From: Octopus vulgaris
Lineage: Eukaryota
Assembly: GCA_951406725.2 (NCBI GenBank)
Contig: OX597820.1
Span: forward strand, 18,104,001 to 18,168,000
DNA length: 64,000 nt
Direction: 5' to 3'
This document shows, in pieces, positions 1-11,904 of the stretch. Both the position numbers and the translations under genes were made by a program. A model generated the notes under the pieces. It saw only the letters and a program-made list of their open reading frames with translations. It searched no databases and had not been told where the DNA came from. Position 1 is the first letter of the stretch. Each line of letters begins with the position of its first letter.

Positions 1-131
1 TATTTTGATTATAATCACCCCATGGATTTATATGGATAACACCATACAAAATTCTGGTGCATCTAACTTAAGTACCATATTCATTTGAATCGAAATTTTG
101 CTGAACTTATATATATATATATATATATATA

Positions 132-263
132 TTCTACTCTAGGCACAAGGCTTGAAATTTAGGTGGTGGGGCCAGTTGATTAGATCGACCCCAGTATGCA
201 ACTGGTACTTAATTTATTGACCCCAAAAGGATGAAAGGCAAAGTCAACCTCGGTGGGATTTGA
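132..263 (-). mobile_element. SINE family B, 3' part
   Basis: Matches 31225-31440 and 51723-51940 (gaggtcgactttgcctttcatcctttcggggtcgataaattaagtaccagtt body). Confidence 0.8.
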
Positions 264-519
264 TATATAGATATTGGGTTGATCCATAATTATTGTGGCT
301 TTTTTTTTTTTCAACAACATGTAACAAAAACCTCTTTAAATGATTATTCCGGAGCATATTCACCATCTACTTTAATTACTGCTTCCCATTTGCTTGGCAG
401 ATGGTCAGACCATCATTTAAAGATGTTTTTGTTAAATATTGTTATTGTTTTTGTTGAATAAAAAAAATATATATATATACAATGAGCTTCTTTCAGTTTC
501 TGCCTACCAAATCCACTCA

Positions 520-656
520 TGGAGCGGTTGGCGTTAGGAAGGGCATCCAGCTGTAGAAACACTGCCAGATCAGACTGGGCCTGGTGCAGCCTCCTGGCTT
601 CCCAGACCCCGGTCGAACCGTCCAACCCATGCTAGCATGGAAAGCGGACGTTAAAC

Positions 657-691
<35 letters not shown>
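520..691 (+). mobile_element. RTE LINE 3'-end fragment with (GAT)n tail
   Basis: Nearly identical to the 3' UTR end of the RTE at 54415-54573 (ggttggcgttaggaagggcatccagctgtagaaac...ggacgttaaacgatgatg); lies between SINE A pieces at 484-519 and 826-875. Confidence 0.85.
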
Positions 692-692
<1 letters not shown>

Positions 693-710
693 ATTTATAT
701 ATATATATGA

Positions 711-799
<89 letters not shown>

Positions 800-1299
800 T
801 ATGTATATGTATGTATGTATAATATACCATGTGGTTGGTAACCAAGCTCCTTACCACACTGCTACGCCTGTACCTACAAATTATTTCAGCAGTTTTTTTT
901 TTTTTGTTGTTCTACATTTCCTAATAATATTTAATTACACAAATGTAGAATAGTTTCAATTAAACAATGAATAAACTACGAGTCAGAGAGGTCCATAGGA
1001 GAAAATTGATCGAGAGACACATATAAGATGTATGTGTGCGTATCTGTGTATGTGTATGTGTGCGTGTGTGAGTATGCGTGTGTGTGTGTGTATGTGTGTG
1101 TGTTGTAGGTATGTAAGAAAAGGTGACTAAGTCCTGTTAACCTTTCTCACCTGTCTTCCCCCCAACTCTCCTCACCCACCTCCCCAAATAGCCTATTGAC
1201 CTAGTGACAGCCAAAGTAGTTAACAGTGAAGCTGGATGCTGGTGTTGCTGGCACAAGTGGTGATGGTAGCGATGGCGGTGGTGGCGGCTGTGGTGGTGG

Positions 1300-2119
1300 T
1301 GGGTTCTTCTTATTCTTCTTGTCCACATTTTCCTCCTGTCCCTCCATCATCATCATCATCTTCGTCGTCATCATCATCATCATCATCTCCTCCTCTTCCT
1401 CCCCTTCTTCCCCTTCTTTTTCTTCTTCTTCTTTTTCTTCTTCTTCTTCTTCTTCTTCTTCTTCTTCTTCCTCCTCTTCTTCTCCTTCTTCTCCTCCACT
1501 TCTTCTTCTTCTTCTTCTCCTCCTCCTCTCTTCCTCCTCCTCAGCCTCCTCCCCTCCCCTCCCCCCTCTTCTTCTTCTTCTTCTTCTTCTTCTTTTTCTT
1601 CTTCTTCTTCTTCTTCTTCTTCTTCTTCTTCCTCCTCTTCTTCTCCTTCTTCTCCTCCACTTCTTCTTCTTCTTCTCCTCCTCCTCTCTTCCTCCTCCTC
1701 AGCCTCCTCCCTCCCCTCCCCTCTTCTTCTTCTTCTTTTTCTTCTTTTTCTTCTTCTTCTTCTTCTTCTTCTTCTTCTTCCTCCTCTTCTTCTCCTTCTT
1801 CTCCTCCACTTCTTCTTCTTCTCCTCCTCCTCTCTTCCTCCTCCTCAGCCTCCTCCCCTCCCCTCCCCCCTCTTCTTCTTCTTCTTCTTCTTCTTCTTCT
1901 TCTTCTTCTTCTTCTTCTTCTTCTTCTTCTTCTTCTTCTTCTTCCTCCTCTTCTTCTCTTTCTTCTCCTCCACTTCTTCTTCTCCTCCTCCTCTCTTCCT
2001 CCTCCTCAGCCTCCTCCCCTCCCCTCCCCCTCTTCTTCTTCTTCTTCTTCTTCTTTTTCTTCTTCTTCTTCTTCTTCTTCTTCTTCTTCTTCTTCTTCTT
2101 CTTCTTCTTCTTCTTCTTG

Positions 2120-2158
<39 letters not shown>

Positions 2159-2230
2159 CACTGCTGGCACCGATTGCTCCTGCTGTTGTTACTGCTGCTG
2201 TTTTTGTTGTTGCTGCTGCTGCTGTCATCG
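1300..2230. repeat. (CTT/CCT)n polypyrimidine tract with ~155-bp higher-order unit, followed by (GCT)n
   Basis: Unit cctcctcttcttctccttcttctcctccac...cagcctcctcccctc recurs at ~1471, 1631, 1780 and 1944. Confidence 0.9.
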
Positions 2231-2473
2231 CCTCAGCTGCCGTTTGCTTTCCATGCCTTTGCTGCTGTTGTCGCTGCCGTTTCTAAAGGTTTCTGACACG
2301 AAGGCAAGACAACAAATTTATAATGGAGCTTCCAATCAACAGAAATTTACCAGTAAACTACTGGGGGCTTGCTTTATCCACTCCGAAGTGAGAAAAGACA
2401 TAACAGTGGTTCAAACCAAATACATCTTCTAACTTCCCCCTCAGTTGAGATCAGAGACAATTTGAAGGTTATG

Positions 2474-2665
2474 CAGTTCTATATTTAAGAGATGAGGAAT
2501 TGTTTACATTATTTACATTTGACGAATATTTGTCCTCACCGTGTTTGGCATGGGCATATGGCGTAGTGATTAAGAGTGTGGGCTACTAACCCCAAGATTC
2601 CAAGTTCGATCCCAAGCAGTGACCTGCATAATAATAATAATAATGATGATGATGATGATGATAAT
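2474..2665 (+). mobile_element. tRNA-head/hammerhead SINE copy: inverted 3' tail + tRNA head + (AAT)n, body missing
   Basis: 2474-2546 is the reverse complement of the family 3' end (8505-8589); head from 2552 has A box TGGCGTAGTGA and B box AAGTTCGATCCC. Confidence 0.8.
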
Positions 2666-3140
2666 TGTTGGTTTTTTTGCCACCTCTTCTGATACAAAGG
2701 TTATTACTGTCAACGTATATCGCCTTCCTCTTGTAAAGAACGTTATCCTTTCTCCTATTTGTTCCTCCAAGATTTCTTCTATCTCTTCCTGCGGTGTGTG
2801 TTCTATTCTCCTATTTACATTCAAAAATGTTCTGAATATGACCGTCTTATTTTCCATTTTCCTTTTTTCCTCCTCTAGCAGGGTCATTTTCATATTTGAC
2901 CCTTCATTATCATACCAAAATATTTGGTTATCAACCCCTCATTCCACTGTATCATCTCTGGCTTCAGTACACATGGGTCTAGGGGAACTTGACCACCAGT
3001 AGCCTCTGCATAACTTTATTTTCTCAATTATTCACCACCACCCAACGATGTTGGCTTCACACAAAAAAACTTCCACTTAGAATTCTTCAAAATACAACAA
3101 AATTGCTCGGCTAGAGGTGGCGCTACCAAATTCCCGTTCA
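2666..3140 (-). mobile_element. Probable LINE (Tx1/L1-like) 5' UTR and ORF1 fragment
   Basis: Non-low-complexity frame MENKTVIFRTF...EEIEEILEEQIGERITFFTRGRRYTLTVITFVSEEVAKK resembles an RRM-like ORF1 N-terminus and is cut at a microsatellite. Confidence 0.4.
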
Positions 3141-3184
3141 AAATATATAGTTTTCAAAGTGACAACTAGTCACTGATTTATAAA

Positions 3185-3652
3185 TTAGAAAACTACTATT
3201 TTTAAATCTCACAACATGTGATATTCAGCAACAGTACTTTGTAGTAAAGATTGTTTGCCAATATAACATGGCAGTCCTGGTTTAGGACTAATGTTGCTGT
3301 AATTTAGCCCCAGGAGACATTGTCTCCAGCTGGCTATATGTCACGATCTGTGTCCTTATATATTTTCGAACTAGCTAAACAATTATTCTCTGCTGATGAA
3401 GAGAAATAACCCAGAAATCGCAATGCACAGATATTGTTTTGAGCTGAGAGGGGGTGCTAGATTCCCTTGTTCGAAAATATAAGAACATAGATTCTGTCAT
3501 ATAGCCAGCTGGAGACGATGTCTCCTGGGGCTAAATTACAACAACATTAGTCCTAAACCAGGACTGCAATGTTATGTTGGCAAGCAATCTTTACTACAAA
3601 GTACTGTTGCTGAATATCACATGTTGCGAGATTTAAAAATAGTTATTTTCTA
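3185..3652. mobile_element. Fold-back element (~185-bp arms) with hammerhead-like motif in the spacer
   Basis: 3185-3371 is the reverse complement of 3468-3652; CTGATGA at 3393 with GAAA ~14 nt later; arm is also homologous to 37490-37570. Confidence 0.8.
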
Positions 3653-4160
3653 ACAGAAACTATCTTCTGCTTGTAAGGATCATTCCAGAGATTTGAGGGA
3701 GTCTATTCCCTGTACTTTCCCTGTGTTTATTGTACCTGCACATCTGCTACACACAAAGACTACTTTCTTAATGGCAAAAAAAGACAGAACAAACACCAAA
3801 GTTAAAAAATAAGTCCTGGGCTCAATTTGTTCAACTAAACCCCTTCAGAAGAAGAAGAAGAAGAAGCTAAATAATCTTAAGTTAAAAGAAATAGTTAATT
3901 ACTGCATCATTATAAAAATGTTAGCTACCAATAAAACAGCAATAGATGAACTTAGAAATCTAATTGTGAAACAGACTAAAGCATGCTTAAACTGTTTGGC
4001 TTCAATCCTAATTGATGTCTATTTATGGCTTTTTGCATCTCGTGCAAGTTTCCACCATTTCACAAAATATTCACTAACCTCATCAGTTATATCTTTGATT
4101 TCCAAGAAAACCATTTATAGGCACAGGAGTGGCTATATAGGCACAGGAGAGGCAATATAG

Positions 4161-4570
4161 CCGCAGGAGTGGCTGTGTAGTAAGTAGCTTGCTTACCAAC
4201 TACATGGTTCCAGGTTGTGTCTCAATGTGTGGCACATTGCAAGTGTCTTCTACTGTAGCCTGAGGCCAACCAAAGCCTTGTGAGTGGATTTGGTAGTTGG
4301 AAACTGAAAGAAACCTGTCGTATATATGTGTGTATGTGTGTGTGTGTGTATGTGTGTGTGCTTGTGTCTGTGTTTGTCCCCCCAACATCGCTTGACAACC
4401 GATGCTGGTGTGCTTACATCCCCGTAACTTAACAGTTCGGCAAAAGAGACTGATAAAATAAGTACTAGGCTTACAAAGAATAAGCCCTGGGATCAATTTG
4501 CTCAACTAAAGACGGTGCTCCAGCATGGCTGCAGTCAAATGACTGAAACAAGTAAAAGAGTAAAAGAGTA
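4161..4570 (+). mobile_element. SINE family A (tRNA head, CORE-like segment, internal (TA/TG)n, AAAAGAGT tail)
   Basis: A box TGGCTGTGT(A/G)G, degenerate B box, gcaagtgtcttctact segment; head duplicated twice at 4120-4160. Confidence 0.9.
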
Positions 4571-4954
4571 TTTATCATTATGTTACAATGCTATTATACT
4601 AACGAGTTCCTTCTGCTTAAGAATCTGTAATTTCAATGACAATTTGTTTATGCTAAGGTGACAGAAGTTCTTTCAAGCCTCAATGTTTTTTTTTTATCTC
4701 ATAAAGAACTCTTTGCTAGTATATTTAGTTAAATATACAGGATTTCCCCAAATTATGAATTTAATCTTAGAACTCTTTGCTTCCGTGTTTGATAAAAATA
4801 AATAGGATTTCACAAAATTGTGTCTGGTCATGGGAAGAATATTACCTGAGTTGGAAACAGGTGAGAGTCTATGACAGGAAAGGTGTCCACTTCTAGAGAA
4901 CCTGCCTCAACAAAATTCCGTCCGACCTATGTGAACGCAGAAAAGTGTATGTTT

Positions 4955-5470
4955 AAAATGATGACGATGATGATGATGATGATGATGATGATGATCATCA
5001 TCATCATCATCATGATAACGATGGTGATGACAGTGATGATGTGATAATCATGATGATAACAACGATGAAGACGATGATGATGGTGTTGATTATGATGATG
5101 ATGATGATGACAGTGACGACGATGATGACGATGATGATGAAGATAATGATGATGATGATGTAATGATGATGATGATGATGACAATGACAACGATGACGAC
5201 GACGACGATCACGATAATGATGATCACAATGATGATGACAGTGATGATGTGATAATCATGATGATGATGACGATAATGATGATGACGATGATGATGATGA
5301 CAATGGTGTTGATTATGATGATAATGATGACGGCGACGACGATGACGACAATGATGATGAAGATGATGATGATGTGATGATGATGATGATGAGGATGATG
5401 ACGCTGACACCGATGACAATGACAATGATGATGGCAATGACGATGATGGCGACAATGACGACGATGGTAA
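4955..5470. repeat. Degenerate (GAT)n tract
   Basis: Visible directly; starts at an RTE-type tail remnant (4825-4960). Confidence 0.9.
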
Positions 5471-5673
5471 CAACGAAGTGGGGGAAGAGAGGAGGATTAT
5501 GATGGGGGTGATGGGAGAGAGGAAGAGGAAGAGAAAGGGAAGAGCGGGAGGAGGATGGAGAGGAGGATAGAGAGGAGGAAGAGGAGGGGGTGAGTTTCAC
5601 TTTTTTTTCCTTCGATGCTCTTCTGTTTCTTTGTACATGGTTGGAACCAGGCTGGAAGAAACTGTATTAGAGA

Positions 5674-6046
5674 CTAGCAGTATCGCCCGGCGTTGCTCGG
5701 GTTTGTAAGGGAAATAACTATAAAGCATTTTTAGAGAGTTATAGCCAAAAAATGGAAAAAAAAATTATGGTAAATTTTTTTTTTAGTTAAAAAGGTCGAG
5801 TTGCGTCCCCTAGACAGTCTGTGGTTTGTGTTTCTGATTCTGGACCCCATGTCGAATTTATCGATTTTTTTCAGAACTGGGGTAACTTTTCAAAATTTTC
5901 GCTGCGTTAGTTTTGAATTATGACATTGGGCTATGTGTGTGTCAAGTTTCATCAGAATCGGTTGAAAGCCGTGGTCAGGGTGAGGGTACAAGCAAACAGA
6001 CACACAGAAACACGCACAGACAAACTGCCGTTTATATAGAGAGAGA
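5674..6046 (-). mobile_element. Non-autonomous Helitron
   Basis: Minus strand starts TC(TCTCT ATATAAACGGCAG) and ends CCCGAGCAACGCCGGG hairpin + ~8 nt + CTAG, inserted between A and T with no TSD. Confidence 0.8.
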
Positions 6047-6746
6047 TGATACGACAACAACACCAACAACAACAACAAGATGATCATAAAGCAAAAAACA
6101 AAAAAAAGAAGTACAGCTGTGAATTATTGATCAATATTGTAATATACATTAAAAATCCACATAAGCAAACAGAGTCTATCGTTATGGAGTAAGCGCTGGC
6201 AATAAAAGAGACTCATTATACCGACTTATGGCTTGTGATCAACAGCTATTGGACAGGAACATGCTAAATGGTAAAGTCTTGGAGTAAAAATATCAGATAT
6301 GATATGTGCACACTTGTGTGAGTGTGTGCGTGTGTGTGTGCATGGATGTATGTATGTATATTATATATCGGTGTGTGCGTGTGTGTGTATCCATTCGTAT
6401 ATGCACACACACACACATGTATGTATGCATGTATGCTTGTATGTATGAGCATATTTTGTATATATACTTGTGTGTATATGTATATATCCAGTCATATGTG
6501 CATAATCAGACATGTATATGTGTGTGTGTGTGTATAAATGTATGTGTATGTATGTATGTATGCCTCATGTAAGTATATATTTATATGTATGTATACACAC
6601 ACACACACATATATATATATTTATATTTATACGAGTAAATAGAAAATGTATTGTTCTCTTTTATACTCATATGTGTGAAACACATCTCAGGGTTCTATAT
6701 ACACTTGCAGAACAGTGTCTAGAATGTAGAACCTGTTATTGGTATA

Positions 6747-6982
6747 CAGGGTGGCCCAAATGTAGGTTTACAGTTATCACATAGGCACTTTAAATTTCTT
6801 TTGAAGCATTTTATTACATTTAAATTTCTATCTTACAAACTGAAAAGGGAGCTTGACAAAATTAACTAAATTAGCATAGAATAATGGTTTCATATTTCTT
6901 TTATAATTAAGTTCTAAACTGTTAATATAGGAATGCGAAAGAGATAGTTGAATAACTGTAAACCTACTTTTGAGCCACCCTG
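6747..6982. mobile_element. Tc1/mariner-type MITE
   Basis: ~31-bp TIRs CAGGGTGGCCCAAATGTAGGTTTACAGTTAT / ATAACTGTAAACCTACTTTTGAGCCACCCTG, TA on both flanks. Confidence 0.9.
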
Positions 6983-6994
6983 TATATTATAATA

Positions 6995-7256
6995 AAATGA
7001 AAAATAAATGCGCCCTTTTAAAGCTTAGCCAGGCTCATGGGCCCGGTTTCCTGGTTTCTATGGCGTATGTGTTCCCCAGCTGGACGGGTCACCAGTCCAT
7101 CGCAGCGTTACTCATTTTTGCCAGTTGAGTGGACTGGAGCAACGTGAAATGAAGTGTTTTGTTCAAGAACACAACGCGTTGCCCGGTCCAGGAATCGAAA
7201 CCACAATCTTACGATCATGGTGCTGACACCCTAACCACTAAGCCATGAGCCTCCAC
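6995..7256 (-). mobile_element. tRNA-derived SINE (family C, CORE/V-like body) with 15-bp TSD
   Basis: A box TGGCTTAGTGG, B box GTTTCGATTCC; flanked by CTGTATATTATAATA at 6980-6994 and 7256-7270. Confidence 0.85.
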
Positions 7257-7399
7257 TGTATATTATAATACAGTATTAAAATATTACTGCTAACCCATGA
7301 TTAAAGTTTTGTGTTAAATAGAACATGCCTCAAAAGAATATGATCTCAGAGTTGGTCTCCTCATAGATTTAGGTTTTATAAGAGTAATAATTTTTTTTG

Positions 7400-7940
7400 T
7401 CTTGCAAGTACTTGGTGTCCCTGTCAGTGAAGGTGACACTTAAAAGCACCCAGTCCACATTGTAAAGTGGTTTGTGATTGGAAGGGCATCTAGCTGTAAA
7501 AACCTTGCCAAAACTGACCTTGCCTGTGCTTGTGCCACGTAAGAAGCATTAAGTCCACTCTGCTAAGTGGTTGGTGTTTGGAAGGGCATCCAGTTTTAAA
7601 AACCTTGCTAAAACTGACCTCACCTGTGCTTTGCCACATAAGAAGCATTAAGTCCACTCTGCTAATGGGTTGGTGTTCAGAAGGGCATCTAGTTTTAAAA
7701 ACCTTGCTAAAACTGACCTCACCTGTGCTTGTGCCACGTAAGAAGCATTAAGTCCACTCTGAGGGCATCCAATTGTAAAAACCTTGTCAAAACTGACCTC
7801 GCATTAAGTCCCCTCTGCTGAGTGGTTGGTGTTAGCTGTAAAATTCCTGCCAAAACAGTTATAGAAGTCTGGCACAGGCTTCTGCTTGGCCAGCTCTTGT
7901 CAAACTGTCAGCATGGAAGGCAGATGTTGAACACTGATGA
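7400..7940 (+). mobile_element. RTE 3' UTR derivative with ~100-bp tandem unit (x3.5)
   Basis: GAAGGGCATC motif at 7481, 7581, 7680 and ~7761; ends with a gatgatg tail. Confidence 0.75.
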
Positions 7941-7994
7941 TGGTGAGTAATTTTATTTTGTGGCAGCATTTTGCTAATATTTGGCTGGGTCTGT

Positions 7995-8201
7995 GGTGGT
8001 GAGATAGCAGAATCTTTAGCAGACCAGGCAAAATGCTTAGCAGCATTTCGTCCTTCTTTACATTCTGTTTCAGTTTCCACTGAGGTCGACTTTACCATTC
8101 ATGCTTTTGAGGTCAATAAAACAAGTACCAGTTGAGCACTGGGACCAATATAATCAACTTAAGTCCTCCTCCAAATTGCTGGCCTTGTGCCAAAAATGAA
8201 A
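7995..8201 (+). mobile_element. SINE family B
   Basis: Homologous to 51723-51940. Confidence 0.8.
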
Positions 8202-8278
8202 ATCAATCAGCACATGCTGCCTACTACATTATTTACATTATCTATATATATGCCATTTGTCCACGGCCATATGCCCAC

Positions 8279-8590
8279 AGGCATATGATGTATTGGTTAA
8301 GAGTGCAGGCTACTAACACCAAGATTCCGAGTTCGATTCCTGGCAGTGACCTGAATAATATTAACAACAACAACAACAATAATAACAACAACAACAACAA
8401 CAACAGCATAAAAAAATACCTTAGGAATGAGAACCCAGGTTCAAAATTTCCCCAAGACACCCGATGAAGGCTGGAGGGTATATCTGCTGAAACATTGTAA
8501 TAACAACAAACAAGATAAGGACACATATCCGTCAAATATAAATAATGTAAATAATGTACATAATTCCTCATCTCTTAAATATAGAACTGT
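8279..8590 (+). mobile_element. Full-length tRNA-head + (AAC/AAT)n + hammerhead-like motif + tail element
   Basis: B box GAGTTCGATTCC at 8329; GACAC-CCGATGA-AGGCTG...CTGCT-GAAA-CATT at 8456-8496; collinear with 25097-25415. Confidence 0.8.
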
Positions 8591-9039
8591 GTTAAATTTT
8601 AGGTTCAAATTTTAATTCACCTGAACGAAAGATGGTGTAATTGATTTGTTTATCAATAAAAAATGTGTCTGAAGCAGCTGTAGAAAACCTTGTGCCGCCG
8701 GACTGACTATTGCGCAGGTGGTATGAAAAAAGCACCATTTGAGCATGGCCAATGCCTATACCACCTGACTGGCCCTAATGACGCTGGCACGTAAAAGCAC
8801 ACGCTACACTCTTGGAGTGGTTGGTGTTAGGAAGGGCAAGACTGTTTATTTCTCAACATATCAGAGAAAAACAGAAATATTTTTAGAGGGTTCCCAACTT
8901 TTGAAGGGCATTAATAGAATAACTCATTGTATTAAAACCTGTTATGGTTTTCATGTTGTAGATCAGTGAGCCAAAGAAAATAACATGATGCAGAACATAA
9001 GAGGGATCTAAGGTAAATTTAAACTCATCTGGTTCCATA

Positions 9040-9400
9040 AACAGTTTAAGATTAATCAGTCATACACCATCCCTTTAGGGAAAACTCACACAATATTGAA
9101 TAACATTTAGAATTTAGGAGTTACTGTTGACAATACCTTGAGCTGGAGGGGTCCATTCATAGAATTCGTTTGTCATCACCTTCCCATTTACTACTTTTGT
9201 TGGGTCTCATCTGGAGTATTGCTACTCTGCGGGGATCTCCTTACATCAAAACAAGACATCACAAGAATCAAAACACCAAAGGACACAATTATTGCAAAAC
9301 AAAATTGGCATGACAGGACTCAATTATTAGGATTCCCTTAAAGCTCCTGGACTTTACTGCAACCAGAAATGGCAGGAACACTACATTAGTTTTACAACAG
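9040..9400 (+). mobile_element. Decayed CR1-type LINE RT C-terminal fragment
   Basis: Frame-broken motifs NLGVTVDNTLSW, SHLEYC and KQDITRI, typical of CR1 ORF2. Confidence 0.6.
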
Positions 9401-9749
9401 GGAAAAAAAAAAATCAATATTATCCAAATAATGTTAATCTACAGTTCAAGATATTGACCTCTCCATTCATTATTTGGCAAAAATAACACTTAAAATACAG
9501 ATGGAAGCACTTCAATTTATAACTTTTGCATGCTAAGTGAACCTTCTTTTGTCAGGATAAATTCCTCAGGTCAACAAGGAAGAAGGAAAATACCTTAAAA
9601 ACTGTATTTGAGTATAATTTTAGAGACAATATTTGGGTATATTTTTCAGTATATTTTGGGTATATTTTGGGTATAATTAGGTAAACTTTAGATATATTTA
9701 GACATGTTTTAGGTATAATCAGGTACATTAAAAGGTATATTTTGAGGTG

Positions 9750-9865
9750 TAGTTCTATATTTAAGAGATGAGGACTTATGCACATTATTTACACGGGCAT
9801 ATGGCGTAGTTGTTAAGAGCACAGACTACTAACCCCAAGATTCTGAGTTCGATTCCAGGCAGTTA

Positions 9866-9904
<39 letters not shown>
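9750..9904 (+). mobile_element. tRNA-head/hammerhead SINE copy: inverted tail + head + (AAT)n
   Basis: 9750-9793 is the reverse complement of the family 3' end; head begins at 9795. Confidence 0.8.
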
Positions 9905-10195
9905 GTATCTAAAAGAAATGGAGAAACTTTCAAAATACAAAGACCTGGAAATAAAGGTAACACGAATGTGGAATCTAAAAACAGAAACATTTCCTATCAT
10001 AGTAGGTGCATTAGGTATGATAAAAAAAATATTCAGACAAATACATAACAAAAACACCAGGACTTACAAACACATATAACATACAGAAAATTGCACTACT
10101 AGGCACTGCACACATCCTACGCAAAATACTTTCAATACAGGAACCATCAGAGAATCTCTACAAATCACAGCACATACCCAAGGCACACAGAGCTA
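9905..10195 (+). mobile_element. R4/Dong-type LINE restriction-like endonuclease 3' fragment
   Basis: KEMEKLSKYKDLEIKVTRMWNLKTETFPIIVGALG...IQKIALLGTAHILRK; abuts (AAT)n. Confidence 0.85.
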
Positions 10196-10239
10196 CTTCA
10201 ATGAACTCCATCTGACCTATGCAAGAAATCAAAAGTAGA

Positions 10240-10395
10240 CTGGCTGTGTGGTAAGTAGCTTGCTTACCAGCCACATGGTTCCGGGTTCAGTTCCACTACA
10301 TGGCACCTTGGGCAAGTGTCTTCTACTATAGCCTCGGGACAACCAAAGCCTTGTCAGTGGATTTGGTAGACTGAAACTGAAAGAAGCCCGTCGTT

Positions 10396-10460
<65 letters not shown>

Positions 10461-10677
10461 ATATGTTTGTGTGTCTGTGTTTGTCCCTCCAACATTGCTT
10501 GAGAACCGATGCTGGTGTGTTTACATCCCCGTAACTTAGCAGTCCAGCAAAAGAGATTGATAGGATAAGTACTAGGCTTACAAAGAATAAGTCCTGGGGT
10601 TGATTTGTTTGACTAAAGGTGGTGCTCCAGCATGACCACAGTCAAATGACTGAAACAAATAAAAGTGTAAAAGTGTA
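10240..10677 (+). mobile_element. SINE family A
   Basis: Collinear with 55275-55660. Confidence 0.9.
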
Positions 10678-10723
10678 ATTAAAACAACCTTGATTGGCTG
10701 AGAAATGGCTGCCAAATTTTCAT

Positions 10724-11904
10724 TTAACCCTTTAATGTTTAAACTGACCAGATCCAACCTGTCACACCTACCTTACAATGTCATTTTAAAAGTAACATTC
10801 ACATCATCAGAGTCAAAATCCATTGATACAGTTGCAAATGTGGTGATGCAAAAGTTTTCTGGAGTAAATATATAAATAAACAAGTGGAAATTGAACTGGT
10901 GAGTGTGTTATATTTAGGCACTATGACCCTCCCCAGATGCAACAAGACTCACATCATTGAAATCTCAAAGCTACGAGATAATACATAATTAATTCAAAGC
11001 ATTGAGAATAAATAAGCATTACATTTGACAAAGAAATCCGAATTCTAAAGGATCAATGTTAAACCCTTTTGTTACTGTATTTATGTTGAGATGCTCTGTG
11101 TTTCTTTCAATTAATTTTAAATCTAACAAAGAATTTAGTAAAATAACTTGGTTATTATTCAACTAGTGTTAGGAACATAAATTGGTACTGGGGTTTGGTG
11201 GAAGATTTTAATTCAGGACTTTTGAAAACAAAACATTTGTACTTAGAACCAGAGGTGGTTTCAGCCAGGTTGATATCAAAAGGGTTAAGAATTGTTTCTC
11301 TATTATATATTTTAACTATTTTGTTACCATATTTCTGTTGAGACGCTGTGTTTCTTTCAATTAATTTTAAATATAACAAAGAATTTCGTAAAATAACTTA
11401 GTTATCATTAAGCTGGTGTTACGAATATAAATTGTGACTAAGGTTTGGTGGAAGATTTTTATTCAAAACTTATGAAAACAAGACATTTATACTGCAGAGC
11501 CAGAGGCAGTTTCAGCTGGGTTGGTAATGAAAGGGTTAAGAATTGTTTCTCTATTATATATTTTAACCCTTTTGTTACCGTATTTCAGTTGAGATTCTCT
11601 GTGTTTCTTTCAATTAATTTTAAATATAACAAAGAATTTAGTAAAATAATTTAGTTATCATTAAGCTAGTGTTAGGAACATAAATTGTGACTGAGGTTTT
11701 GTGGAAGATTTTAATTATGGACTTTTAAAATCAAGACATTTATACTACAGAACCAGAGGCAGTTTCAGCCAGGTTGGTATCGAAAGGGTTAAACTGGCCA
11801 AGTCCAGAACCTCATACCCGTCCTACAATGTCAGTCTTAAAGTAAGCAGTTCTGAATAAATAAGGATTATATTTGATAGAATAATCTGAATATCAAAGGG
11901 TTAA
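10724..11904. mobile_element. Cluster of TTAA-flanked (piggyBac-like) MITEs, including three tandem copies at 11059-11288, 11312-11539 and 11563-11792
   Basis: TTAA-CCCTTT...AAAGGG-TTAA termini; same family as 23087-23314. Confidence 0.8.

Noticed and set aside
1226-2432. Long ORFs of 356-398 aa (also 20317, 32309, 39304, 42640 and 44414)
   Set aside because: Translations of trinucleotide or tetranucleotide microsatellites, open in several frames and strands.
2552-2625. SINE heads as functional tRNA genes
   Set aside because: The acceptor stem does not pair and the heads are joined to repeat bodies.
3106-3126. CTCF-like motif AGGTGGCGCTA
   Set aside because: Only the 3' half of the consensus matches, and it lies within a probable LINE 5' UTR.
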